Source: Verrucomicrobiota bacterium
GTDB lineage: Bacteria > Verrucomicrobiota > Verrucomicrobiia > Limisphaerales > UBA11358
Direction of reading: 5' to 3'
Assembly (NCBI GenBank): GCA_028873125.1
Contig: JAGWMQ010000002.1
Coordinates: 15,124-79,123 of the forward strand
DNA length: 64,000 nt
In this document: in pieces, positions 1-8,936 of the stretch
Numbering within the stretch: the first letter of the stretch is position 1
Layout of the letters: each line of letters begins with the position of its first letter
The notes under the pieces: model-generated
The model's database searches: none
The model's input: the letters and a program-made list of their open reading frames with translations, nothing else
Told to the model about the DNA's origin: nothing
Position numbers and translations under genes: made by a program

Positions 1-207
1 TTGAAACGTCAGTTTCATGGGCGTCTGTTTTATCAGGCCCAGGGAATCCAACAAGTTTTTGCGCGAAGCGCCGGAACCGCACAGCGCGACGCGCCCGGTT
101 TTGGCCGCCAGGGGCGCGGCTGCGCCTTGCCCCAACCCTCCGGCTGGAATCAGCTTCGTGGCCAAGGCTTGCCGGGTTCCAGTCCCTCCTCCAGAATCAC
201 CGCCGAC

Positions 208-954
208 ATGAACTTGGACGCCCCGCTGGCATGGCTCGATAAATTTGAGTTGGTTTCCTTCAACAGCGCCGAGGATCTGGCCGCGCGCGTCGCCGGCGAT
301 TGGCTGGAGGAGATTGAAGCCGCCGGGCGCGCCGGGCGGACCCATTGCGTCGCGCTCTCCGGCGGACGGATTGCGTTGAAGTTTTTTGCCGCCGCCGCCG
401 AACAGGCTCGCGCCCGGGCCGTTTCCTTCAACCATGTCCACATTTTCTGGGCGGACGAGCGTTGCGTGCCGCCGGACCATGGGGACAGCAACTTCGCGGT
501 CGCCCGCCAATCCCTCCTGGCGCCGCTGAAAATTCCCGAAAGCCAGGTTCACCGCCTTCGAGGCGAAACCCCGCCGCAGGTCGCGGCGGACGAAGCGGCG
601 GCAGAGATCTGCCGCGTGGCGCCGCTCAACGAAAACGCCCGGCCGGTGCTTGATCTGGTCCTGTTGGGGATGGGGGAGGACGGCCACGTGGCGTCGCTGT
701 TTCCCAATGCGCCGGCTGCCGTTCTGAATGGCACATCCCCGTTTTTGGTCGTGGAAAACTCGCCCAAACCGCCCCCGCGGCGTATTTCCTTGAGCTACGG
801 AGCCCTCGCGGCGGCCAGGCGCGTCTGGATCTTGGTGGCCGGTGGAGGAAAGGAGGCGTCCTTGCGCGAGTCGCTTTCGCCTTCCGGCAAAACGCCGCTG
901 GGCCGGGTGATCCAATCGCGCGTCCGCACGAAAATTTTTTATTTTTTTTCTTGA
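208..954 (+). CDS. pgl: 6-phosphogluconolactonase
   Basis: Carries SGGR, FWADERCVP and GMGEDGHVASLFP motifs typical of the Pgl/NagB family. The frame is open from position 1, and the first ATG (208) gives a normal-length protein. Confidence 0.85.
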   Translation: MNLDAPLAWLDKFELVSFNSAEDLAARVAGDWLEEIEAAGRAGRTHCVALSGGRIALKFFAAAAEQARARAVSFNHVHIFWADERCVPPDHGDSNFAVARQSLLAPLKIPESQVHRLRGETPPQVAADEAAAEICRVAPLNENARPVLDLVLLGMGEDGHVASLFPNAPAAVLNGTSPFLVVENSPKPPPRRISLSYGALAAARRVWILVAGGGKEASLRESLSPSGKTPLGRVIQSRVRTKIFYFFS

Positions 955-1073
955 TTCGGCGCGCATCAGGTGGTTTATTGTTTTGGTTCCTTGAGAGGGG
1001 CGTGAAAACGCCGGATATGGCATGGATGAAACAGATGGCTTGCCAGATTTTGTTTGAACGAAATCGAAACATC

Positions 1074-1265
1074 GGGGTCGAAGTATTTGCAGCGTTTGAG
1101 GATTTCGCTGTCCGTTTAGGGTTGGCATAGAGGCTTTGCTCGCGGCGCGGCTCGGACAGCGACCCCCAAGTTGGTCGCGTCGCCCTTCTGAGCGCCTTGG
1201 GTGAAGGCGTATAAGCCTCGTCACCAAGAGTGGCCGGATGCGAATCCGGCCATTCGTCTTTTTTG
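1074..1265 (+). ncRNA. Candidate structured small RNA of unknown family
   Basis: GGGGT (1074-1078) plus CGCTGTCC (1106-1113) pair with GGACAGCG-ACCCC (1154-1166). A second hairpin spans 1196-1228 (CTTGGGTGA/TCACCAAG with inner AGGC/GCCT). The region ends in an intrinsic terminator. No convincing ORF is present. Confidence 0.25.
1232..1265 (+). terminator. Rho-independent terminator
   Basis: GGCCGGAT-GCGA-ATCCGGCC forms a perfect 8-bp stem, followed by ATTCGTCTTTTTT (T-run 1258-1265). Confidence 0.7.
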
Positions 1266-1589
1266 GAGCAGTTTTCCGCAAAAGTCCCCTTGCCAATTGA
1301 ACTTACAGGTTATAGCCTGAGGCCGGATGGTCGCCTTTGTGGCTCCCCTCTCCGGGTGATGACCGCCAGGTCGCCCGGGGCGGGCAAACCCGTTGAACTT
1401 TATCGCAAGCGGTTGAAGACCAGTCAGAAATAACTCGTTCGTGGATCCGGATTTCGTCGGGTCTCAACGAGAGCGATCAAATGGGGGAGCCTGAGACGAA
1501 CTTCTTGGAAGGCAGCTTGCGAATCCCCGAGCCTTGGGTTCACGTCTCGAGGATTTGGCGGAGGAGCGCCGGCGGAAACCTTGAACAAC

Positions 1590-4016
1590 ATGAAACGGCC
1601 GCTCGTGGCTGTGGTTGCATTTTATACGGCCGGTCTGCTGATCGCGCAGACCTTCCGACCCCCGCCTCTCGTCCTGTTGGCCGCTTTATCCGCCCTCCTC
1701 GTCCTGGCCCTGGTGCTGGAGACACTCCGTGTGTTGCTGATCGGGCCGATGCTGGTGCTGGCCGGAGCGAGCAACCTGCTCCTGCACACCGCAATCCTCT
1801 CCCCGAATGACCTGCGCAATTTAATTGGCAACGGGCCTGAAATCGTCGTCGTCCGCGGAACCCTGGTCCGGACGCCGCAAATCAAAATCTCCGAGCGCGA
1901 AGGCGAAGAGATCCAACACTCGCTCACCCTGGTCCGCGTCCGTGAAATTCGCCGCGGCGAAAAGTGGCGGCCGGCCGTGGGGAAAATCATGGTCTCCACG
2001 CCCGCGCCCCTCGCCGCCGATTTTTTCGCCGGCCAGGCCGCGGAAGTCTCCGGCGTTATCGCGCGGCCTTCCCCGCCGCTGGCCGAGGGACTTTTTGACT
2101 ACCGCGACTACCTCGCCACCCGGGGCATTTATTACCAGCTTAGAGCGGCCTCAACCAACGACTGGCGTCTGAGCCAACCGGTCTTGCCGAAGCCGCCGCT
2201 GACCGACCGCTTTTTGAACTGGTCCAGGCGCACGCTGGCCATCGGTCTGCCGGTGAAGGACGATCCCCTGCGCCTGCTGTGGGCCATGACGTTGGGCTGG
2301 CGCACGGCGTTCACCGGCGACATCGGCGACCCGTTTCTGCGCGCGGGCACGATGCATCTCTTCGCGATTGACGGGCTGCGTATCGCGCTGATTTCCGGGA
2401 TGCTGGTCGCGTTGTTGCGCGTGCTGCGTGTCGCGCGCGGGTGGTGCGGAGCCGTCGCCATTCCGGTGATCTGGTTTTACACCGCCGCGACGGGATGGGA
2501 ATCCTCGGCAATCCGGGCGGCGGTGATGATGACGCTTGTGCTGGGCGGCTGGGCGCTGAAACGGCCGGGCGACTTGATCAATTCCCTCGCCGCCGCCGCC
2601 TTCCTCATTTTGCTCTGGGAGCCACGCCAGCTTTTTGAGGCGAGCTTTCAATTGTCTTTCTTCGTCGTGCTGGTGATCGCCCTGTTGCTGCCGCCTTTGA
2701 ACCGGATTTGCGATCGCGCACTGCGGCACGACCCGCTGCTGCCGGACGAACTGGTTCCCCGATGGCGGCGCACCCTGACCGGCGCGCTGCGAATGCTGTC
2801 GCGCTACTTCGCTTTGTCACTGGCGGCGTGGGCCGGCTCGATTCCACTCTCGGCGCTCTATTTTCACCTGTTCAGCCCGATTTCGCCGCTGGCCAACGTC
2901 ATCGCCGTGCCGCTGGGCACCCTGGCGCTGATGAGCAACCTGGGCGCGCTGGTCTGCGGCGCCTGGCTTCCGGGGGCGACCGCACTGTTCAACCACGCCG
3001 CTTGGTTCTTCATGGTGGCGATGACGTGGGTCAGCCAGGTCTCCACGAGAATCCCCGGCTCGTTCTTTTACGTGCCCGCGCCTTCATGGATTTCCATCGC
3101 CCTTTACTACGGCGTCCTGATCGTCGCGTTGAGCGGCTGGCTGAACACGGCGCGGAGGAAAATCCTGGGCGCGGCGGTCTTGATTTGCATCGCCGCCGTT
3201 TATCTCTGCCGATGGGAAGGTTCGCGCGATGAAATCCAATTGACCGTCCTGCCGTTGAACGGCGGTCATTCGGTTATCGTGGACGCCACCGGGCGAAAAA
3301 ACGACTGGCTGGTGGACTGCGGCGACGAGAACGCGGTCAATTTCACGCTCAAAAATTTTCTGCGGGCGCAGGGCGTGAACCGGATTCTGCGCCTGGTCTT
3401 GACCGAAGGAAACCTGCGAAACTGCGGCGGCGCCAAATCCCTGGACGACCTCTTCGGCGTCGGAGAATTGTGGACCAGCGGGGCGAAATTCCGATCCCCC
3501 GCCTATCGCGCCGCCGTTTCCGCATTTGAAACCCCGCCCTCGCGCCGAAAAATTTTCGACTGCGGCGGCCAATCCGGCTGCTGGCGGGCGCTGTGGCCGG
3601 AAGCTACCATTCACGTGCCTCGCGCGGAGGACGCCGCGCTGGTGCTGATGGGAAATTTCCATGGCACCCGGGTTCTGCTGCTGTCGGATTTGGGACGCGC
3701 CGGACAGAGCGGGCTGATTTCGGCCGCGGAAGACTTGCGCGCGGATATCGTGATCGCCGGCCTGCCCACCGGGGGCGAACCGCTCTGCGACGCCCTGCTG
3801 GACGCGGTCCGGCCCCGGGCTGTGGTGATCGTGGATTCCGAATTTCCCGCCACGCGCCGGGCGAGCCGCGAGTTGAAGGAGCGTCTGGCGCAGCGGAAAA
3901 TTCCGGTCATTTACACTCGCGATTCCGGCGCGGCGACCCTTCTCGTGGACGACCACGGCCGGCAATTGCGGACAATGGATGGACAACAATTCACTTCCTC
4001 GGACCGATACCAGTGA
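1590..4016 (+). CDS. comEC: ComEC/Rec2 DNA internalization channel with C-terminal metallo-beta-lactamase-like domain
   Basis: Polytopic membrane protein of about 810 aa. It has the DYRDYLATRGIYYQL motif, a competence domain (HLFAIDGLRIALISG) and a C-terminal soluble domain. The ATG at 1590 lies just inside the TTG 1581 ORF start. Confidence 0.85.
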   Translation: MKRPLVAVVAFYTAGLLIAQTFRPPPLVLLAALSALLVLALVLETLRVLLIGPMLVLAGASNLLLHTAILSPNDLRNLIGNGPEIVVVRGTLVRTPQIKISEREGEEIQHSLTLVRVREIRRGEKWRPAVGKIMVSTPAPLAADFFAGQAAEVSGVIARPSPPLAEGLFDYRDYLATRGIYYQLRAASTNDWRLSQPVLPKPPLTDRFLNWSRRTLAIGLPVKDDPLRLLWAMTLGWRTAFTGDIGDPFLRAGTMHLFAIDGLRIALISGMLVALLRVLRVARGWCGAVAIPVIWFYTAATGWESSAIRAAVMMTLVLGGWALKRPGDLINSLAAAAFLILLWEPRQLFEASFQLSFFVVLVIALLLPPLNRICDRALRHDPLLPDELVPRWRRTLTGALRMLSRYFALSLAAWAGSIPLSALYFHLFSPISPLANVIAVPLGTLALMSNLGALVCGAWLPGATALFNHAAWFFMVAMTWVSQVSTRIPGSFFYVPAPSWISIALYYGVLIVALSGWLNTARRKILGAAVLICIAAVYLCRWEGSRDEIQLTVLPLNGGHSVIVDATGRKNDWLVDCGDENAVNFTLKNFLRAQGVNRILRLVLTEGNLRNCGGAKSLDDLFGVGELWTSGAKFRSPAYRAAVSAFETPPSRRKIFDCGGQSGCWRALWPEATIHVPRAEDAALVLMGNFHGTRVLLLSDLGRAGQSGLISAAEDLRADIVIAGLPTGGEPLCDALLDAVRPRAVVIVDSEFPATRRASRELKERLAQRKIPVIYTRDSGAATLLVDDHGRQLRTMDGQQFTSSDRYQ

Positions 4017-4126
4017 ATACCTCTCCGTTCAGGGGGTGTGGGCAAATGCCCCTACTGCGGATCAACCAGAGAGTGTCGAGAAGGTGCACAGGAACCGGCC
4101 GGAGCTGGAACGATTCTTTTGGTTTT

Positions 4127-4273
4127 GGGGAGCACGCGCGTCTCGCGTGTGGGATTCGGCGTCGCGCCAAATCCATCGAGGGTTCGCAGGCCATAACGGT
4201 TTGGTGTGTGTCCCGCGCGGGCGATCCAGTCGGCGCGACGCCGACTGGTGCAGCCGAGACGGCCGCGCTCCTC
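4127..4273. repeat. REP-like inverted doublet (two about 44-nt units in opposite orientation)
   Basis: The unit at 4127-4170 is GGGGAGCACGCGCGTCTCGCGTG-N7-TCGGCGTCGCGCCAA. The reverse complement of 4230-4273 aligns to it (GAGGAGCGCGGCCGTCTCGGC...TCGGCGTCGCGCC). The same unit flanks the thrS insertion. Confidence 0.7.
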
Positions 4274-4497
4274 ATTTTGAAGTGGATCGTTCCGGCTCAA
4301 AGCAGGCGAGCTACCTTGGCGCGGCAAGCGGGCGCGGCTTGGTTGGCGGCAACCGTTGGTTGGCTGGCAGGTTGGCAAAAGGCGACGAAAGATTTCTGTT
4401 GCCATTAGTGATTACCAATGCAAGCTTTTAATGTTCTGCCATCGGTGGTGATGATGATGAATCGGGCCGCCGGATTGGTGAACGAAAACTTTGACCG

Positions 4498-5472
4498 GTG
4501 AAAGCGGTGCGCAGGCCCAAACGTCGCTCAACCAGCGGCGATTACGGGGAGGATTTTGTGTCTTGTTCCGCATGTCCCGGCGCACAACTTCGCCCTCCGC
4601 CGCGTCTTGCCAGCCCTCGCATCGCGGCCTTCACGCTCGTCGAGCTTTTGGTGGTCATCGCGATCATCGCCATCTTGGCGGCGCTTCTGTTGCCAGCCCT
4701 GAATATGGCCAAGCAAAGAGCCTTGGGGGTTTTTTGCATGAACAATCTGAATCAGATCACATTGGGCTTCAAAATGTATCCCGACGACAATAGCGGTTGG
4801 TTCCCGATGAATCTGCCAATGCGGGGTGGCATCAGCCCAGCCGTCAGTTGGGTTGCCGGAAACATGGATTACGATTTTCCCAAGCAAAACACCAACTGGG
4901 CATTCCTCGCGGATCGGCGGTATGCCCAACTGGCGCCTTATGTCCAAAATCCGAAGGTCTATCGCTGCCCATCCGATCAAAGCACGCAATATCCGCATCA
5001 GCAAGGGCCGCCGCGCGTGCGCAGTTATGCAATGAACGAGGCCATCGGAGGCAGCTACTTTGGCCCTAACTACACAGAGTCTGTTACTGGGCTTGATGTC
5101 TTTCGACCTCTGCCGCCAGCTACACATTGGCAGATTCACACCAAAGAAGACCAGATGATCGGAGGGCTGGGGCCGGCGCAAATTTGGGTGCTGGTGGACG
5201 CGCATCCCGACACCATCTCTGTCGGGGTGTTCGACAGCGTGATGACCTCCGGCCCCTACACCTGGATTTGGGATGACCTGCCGGCCAAATGGCACGATAA
5301 TTCCTGTCCATTTTCCTTTGCCGACGGCCACGTGCAAATGCACCGCTGGCTGCGTCCCAATTTAATCCCCAATGTCACCTACACCGATCAGACGCACCGG
5401 TCGAATGGGGCCACGATACCGGACCCGGACGTGCCTTGGGTGTCTTCACACACCACGGTGGCCATGCCGTGA
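4498..5472 (+). CDS. Prepilin-type N-terminal cleavage/methylation domain protein, H-X9-DG family (DUF1559-like)
   Basis: Has the [24 protein letters not shown] pilin-like helix and the C-terminal [15 protein letters not shown] motif, which is H-X9-DG. The only canonical in-frame start is GTG 4498, giving a 44-aa leader. Confidence 0.85.
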   Translation: MKAVRRPKRRSTSGDYGEDFVSCSACPGAQLRPPPRLASPRIAAFTLVELLVVIAIIAILAALLLPALNMAKQRALGVFCMNNLNQITLGFKMYPDDNSGWFPMNLPMRGGISPAVSWVAGNMDYDFPKQNTNWAFLADRRYAQLAPYVQNPKVYRCPSDQSTQYPHQQGPPRVRSYAMNEAIGGSYFGPNYTESVTGLDVFRPLPPATHWQIHTKEDQMIGGLGPAQIWVLVDAHPDTISVGVFDSVMTSGPYTWIWDDLPAKWHDNSCPFSFADGHVQMHRWLRPNLIPNVTYTDQTHRSNGATIPDPDVPWVSSHTTVAMP

Positions 5473-5566
5473 CCGAATGTTATTAAAGATAAAGGGTAGA
5501 GAGGTAGGTCAAGAATGGCGCTGAGATAAGCTCACAATTTTTGCGGTATTTGGAAAACGTTGATCG

Positions 5567-6547
5567 GTGAAAGCGATCTGCAAGGTTAAAGGTTGCGCGT
5601 CCAGCGACGAAGCCGAGGCGGATTTTGCGTCTTGTTCCACGCGGCCCGGCGCACAGATTCGCTCTCCGCCGCGCCTTGCCGGCCCCCGCTTACCAGGGTT
5701 CACGCTCGTCGAGCTTTTGGTGGTCATCGCCATCATCGCCATCTTGGCGGCGCTTCTGCTGCCAGCCCTGAATACGGCCAAGCAAAGAGCCTTGGGCGTT
5801 TACTGCATGAACAATCTGAACCAGATCACATTGGGCGTGACAATCTATACCGATGACAATAACGGCTTTTTCCCGCTGAATCGGATAATGCAATTTCATA
5901 GCGATCCCGCCAAAGACTGGGTCGCCGGGAGCATGGGCTATGATTGGCCGGAGCAGAACACGAACAGCGCCTTGCTGCTGGACCCGCAGTATTCCCAAGT
6001 GGCGCCTTATGTTCAAAACCCAAAGCTCTATCGCTGTCCGTCCGATCACAGCACCCAATATCAGCATCAGCAAGGCCCGCCGCGCGTGCGCAGTTATACA
6101 ATGAGCGGCGCCATTGGAGACACATACTTCGAAAGCTCTTTCACGCTTCAGCACTTTCGGCCCCCGCCGCCAGCCAAACAGTGGCGGGTTTATACCAGAG
6201 AAGACCAAATGATCGGAGGGCTGGGGCCGGCGCAAATTTGGGTGCTGGTGGATGAGCATCCCGACACCATCAGTGACGGGCTCTTCGCCAGCGCCATGAC
6301 TTCCGGTCCTCGGACTTGGATTTGGTTTGACCTGCCGGCCAAATGGCACGACAACTCCTGCCCATTTTCCTTTGCCGACGGCCACGTGCAAATGCACCGC
6401 TGGTTGCGTCCCGATTTGATCCCCAATGTCACCTACACCTATTTGGCGGATCACCAAGACGAGGGTAGCTCATGGTTCGACTATGACAAAGTGCCGGACC
6501 CAGACGTGCCTTGGGTGTCTTCACACACAACCGTGCCTGGCCCATAA
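5567..6547 (+). CDS. Prepilin-type N-terminal cleavage/methylation domain protein, H-X9-DG family (tandem paralog)
   Basis: Has the same architecture as 4498-5472 and is roughly three quarters identical by eye. The cleavage context is PG|FTLVELL and the motif is [15 protein letters not shown]. The start is GTG 5567. Confidence 0.85.
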   Translation: MKAICKVKGCASSDEAEADFASCSTRPGAQIRSPPRLAGPRLPGFTLVELLVVIAIIAILAALLLPALNTAKQRALGVYCMNNLNQITLGVTIYTDDNNGFFPLNRIMQFHSDPAKDWVAGSMGYDWPEQNTNSALLLDPQYSQVAPYVQNPKLYRCPSDHSTQYQHQQGPPRVRSYTMSGAIGDTYFESSFTLQHFRPPPPAKQWRVYTREDQMIGGLGPAQIWVLVDEHPDTISDGLFASAMTSGPRTWIWFDLPAKWHDNSCPFSFADGHVQMHRWLRPDLIPNVTYTYLADHQDEGSSWFDYDKVPDPDVPWVSSHTTVPGP

Positions 6548-6573
6548 CTCTGGATTCCTCATTGGCTGACGAT

Positions 6574-6972
6574 TTAATGCTTTTTCTGCCTGATCACGGT
6601 GACGGCAACGCATTTCGCTTGCGGGACGGGAAATTTCTTGACCTCCACCGAGACCCCGCGCGGTTTGAACTCGGCCAGGACCATTTCACCAATGTCAGCG
6701 GCGAGTTTTTCGACCAGCTTCCAGCTTTTGCCTTCGCCAAATTTCAGAAGCCGTTGCGAGACGGCGAAGTAATCAATCGTGTCGGCGAGGGAATCGCTGG
6801 CTGAAGCGACGGAGCAGTCGCAGCTCATTTCCACCGTCAAGAGCAGGCGTTGCGGCCGGGCGCGCTCCTCGTCGGCAACGCCGACGCGATAGAAGACCTC
6901 GAGGTCAACGATGGAGATTTTGGAGTTCAATTTCGGGTGGGCGAACTCAACGCCCGGTGGAGCGGGCGACAT
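6574..6972 (-). CDS. folB: Dihydroneopterin aldolase
   Basis: Has the FolB-like sequence IVDLEVFYRVGVADEERARPQRLLLTVEM...DTIDY. An alternative TTG start at 6930 would remove the 26-nt overlap with the upstream gene. Confidence 0.8.
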   Translation of the reverse strand: MSPAPPGVEFAHPKLNSKISIVDLEVFYRVGVADEERARPQRLLLTVEMSCDCSVASASDSLADTIDYFAVSQRLLKFGEGKSWKLVEKLAADIGEMVLAEFKPRGVSVEVKKFPVPQAKCVAVTVIRQKKH

Positions 6973-8089
6973 GAGTCTTCCGGCGATTGGAACCTCGCCT
7001 GGCTCGTCCTGCAGGGGTTCTCAGCGTCTCCAGCACCGCGTCCACCAGAATCCGCGTCGGCGTGTTCAGGGCCAGCTTCCCGGCTGCCGCGGGGGCGAGC
7101 CAGCGGAATTCGTGCGCCTCGTCGTTCAACTTCACGCGCGGGGCACGCCCGGCGCACCGGCAGGTGTAATTCAACAACACGAAATGCGCGTCCCTGTAAA
7201 ATTCCTTCGAGTGGATGCAATCCTGCACCAGGACGAATCGAACATCCGTCACCTCCAATCCGGTTTCCTCGAGAATCTCGCGGCGCAACGCGGCCTCGGA
7301 GGCTTCGCCCCATTTGATCTTGCCGCCGGCAATGCCCCAAAGGCCGGACCATTTGTGCGTGCGGAGCATCAGCACTTCCCCTTGAGCGTTGAAAATCAGC
7401 GCCCCGACCGTCGCCTGCGGCCTGGGCGGCTCTTCGAATCTGTCCGCTTCGGGTTTCAGATTCAGCCCGTTTTGCTCCAGAATCCGCTGCAGTTCGCCGA
7501 GGTGCTCCACGATCAAATCCGGCCGGGCCGCGCGCAGTTGCTCCAGTGTATTGTAGCCGGTGAGCACGGCGCAGGAATGAACGCCGCCCTGGCGCGCGGC
7601 TTCCATGTCGTGCTCCATGTCGCCGATGAAGAGCGTTTCGTCCGGCTGCAGGCCGTTTTCCGCGAGCACTTCGCCGATTTTTTCGCGCTTGTCTCCAATG
7701 CCCGTGTAGCACCGGTCGAGAAAGGCGTCAAAGTCGGTGACGCGGCATTGCGCGCCAAAATGCCCGGCATGGATGGTGCTCAACAGGAAGGTGTGAAGTT
7801 TGTTTGCGCGGCAGAATTCGAGGAACCGGCGCGCGTGGGGCAGTTCGCTGACGGCGTCCTGGATCTCCCGGTAGTGCGCGTGAAACCAGGCCTCGAGCTG
7901 CGGCAGCGGCACGTGCGGCGTGTGGCGGTTGTAAAAGTTGACGAACGGCAGGGAAAACTCCGCGCGAAATTCCGCCAGCGACATTTCCGGGCGCCGGGCC
8001 TGGGCGAGCACGAAATTGGTCGCCCGCCAGACGGCGGGCAGGTCGTCCACCAGCGTGCCCGACCAGTCGAAGATGATGTTGCGAATCAC
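6947..8089 (-). CDS. HAD-superfamily hydrolase / Nudix hydrolase fusion protein
   Basis: The N-terminal HAD motifs are FDWSGTLVDD (motif I), LLST, and K...FIGDMEHDMEAA (motif IV). The C-terminal Nudix box is GGKIKWGEASEAALRREILEETGLEV. Confidence 0.8.
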   Translation of the reverse strand: MIRNIIFDWSGTLVDDLPAVWRATNFVLAQARRPEMSLAEFRAEFSLPFVNFYNRHTPHVPLPQLEAWFHAHYREIQDAVSELPHARRFLEFCRANKLHTFLLSTIHAGHFGAQCRVTDFDAFLDRCYTGIGDKREKIGEVLAENGLQPDETLFIGDMEHDMEAARQGGVHSCAVLTGYNTLEQLRAARPDLIVEHLGELQRILEQNGLNLKPEADRFEEPPRPQATVGALIFNAQGEVLMLRTHKWSGLWGIAGGKIKWGEASEAALRREILEETGLEVTDVRFVLVQDCIHSKEFYRDAHFVLLNYTCRCAGRAPRVKLNDEAHEFRWLAPAAAGKLALNTPTRILVDAVLETLRTPAGRARRGSNRRKTHVARSTGR

Positions 8090-8230
8090 CCCCGGAGTCT
8101 AACCGCGAAATCCGCGAATCACACGAACCATTTTGCCGAGGCCCCGGCCCTCACCCCAACGGAGTTCGATGGCAGGATTCGGAACGTTTGAAACTTGAAA
8201 CCGCGGACCCGCGACTGGAAACTCCCTTGA

Positions 8231-8872
8231 ATGCTCATCGCCTTCCACAAGCCCTATGGCGTGTTGTCGCAGTTCACCGGCGGCGGGTCGAACCATCGCA
8301 CGCTGGCCGATTTTGGCTTTCCCAAAAACGTTTATCCAATCGGCCGGCTGGATGCGGATTCCGAAGGGCTGCTGCTCCTGAGCGACGAGGCCCGGTGGAA
8401 CGAAAAGCTGCTGCATCCGCGCCACGCTCACCCGCGCGAGTATTGGGCGCAGGTGGAAAAAATTCCGTCGCCGGAAGCCTTGAAGCATTTGGAACGCGGC
8501 GTGCTTATCCGGGGACGCAAAACGCGGCCGTGCCGGGCGTGGATTTTGGACCCGCAGCCGGAGGTTTCAATTGCGGTGGCGGGCGCCCGCGGATCCGGTG
8601 ATCCAGATCGTCAGGACCGGCGGGCGCCCCCCTCCGCGGTTTTCCAAATTCCGCCGCGCGATCCGCCCATCCGCTTCCGCAAAAGCGTTCCCGATTGCTG
8701 GATTGGGCTGGAGCTGGTCGAGGGCAAGAACCGCCAGGTGCGCCACATGACGGCGGCCGTCGGGCATCCCACGCTGCGCTTGATCCGGGTTCGCATCGGC
8801 GGCGTTTGGCTGGGCGATTTGCCGTCCGGCCAATGGCGCATTCTGGCGGCGGACGAACTGGCCCGGCTTTGA
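8231..8872 (+). CDS. Pseudouridine synthase, RsuA/RluE family (no S4 domain)
   Basis: Has the catalytic motif GRLDADSEGLLLLS and the C-terminal sequence GKNRQVRHMTAAVGHPTLRLIRVRIG. Confidence 0.85.
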   Translation: MLIAFHKPYGVLSQFTGGGSNHRTLADFGFPKNVYPIGRLDADSEGLLLLSDEARWNEKLLHPRHAHPREYWAQVEKIPSPEALKHLERGVLIRGRKTRPCRAWILDPQPEVSIAVAGARGSGDPDRQDRRAPPSAVFQIPPRDPPIRFRKSVPDCWIGLELVEGKNRQVRHMTAAVGHPTLRLIRVRIGGVWLGDLPSGQWRILAADELARL

Positions 8873-8936
8873 ACGCTCCGGACATCCGCCGCAACCTTCG
8901 TTCGACTTCCGGCGCCGGGGCTGATAAGCTGGCGGC

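Noticed and set aside
1361-1390. Possible SRP (4.5S) RNA helix 8 resemblance (CCAGGTCGCCCGGGGCGGGCAAACC)
   Set aside because: It has only a partial match to the CAGGUC...GGAA...AGCA core. There is no GNRA tetraloop and no convincing closing helix.
8561-8650. The rluE-like insertion as a copy of the thrS/comEC REP-like unit
   Set aside because: Only the generic GC-rich core CGGCGGGCGCC is shared. The diagnostic GGGGAGCGCG.GCGTCCCGC head and TCGGCGTCGCGCC tail are absent.
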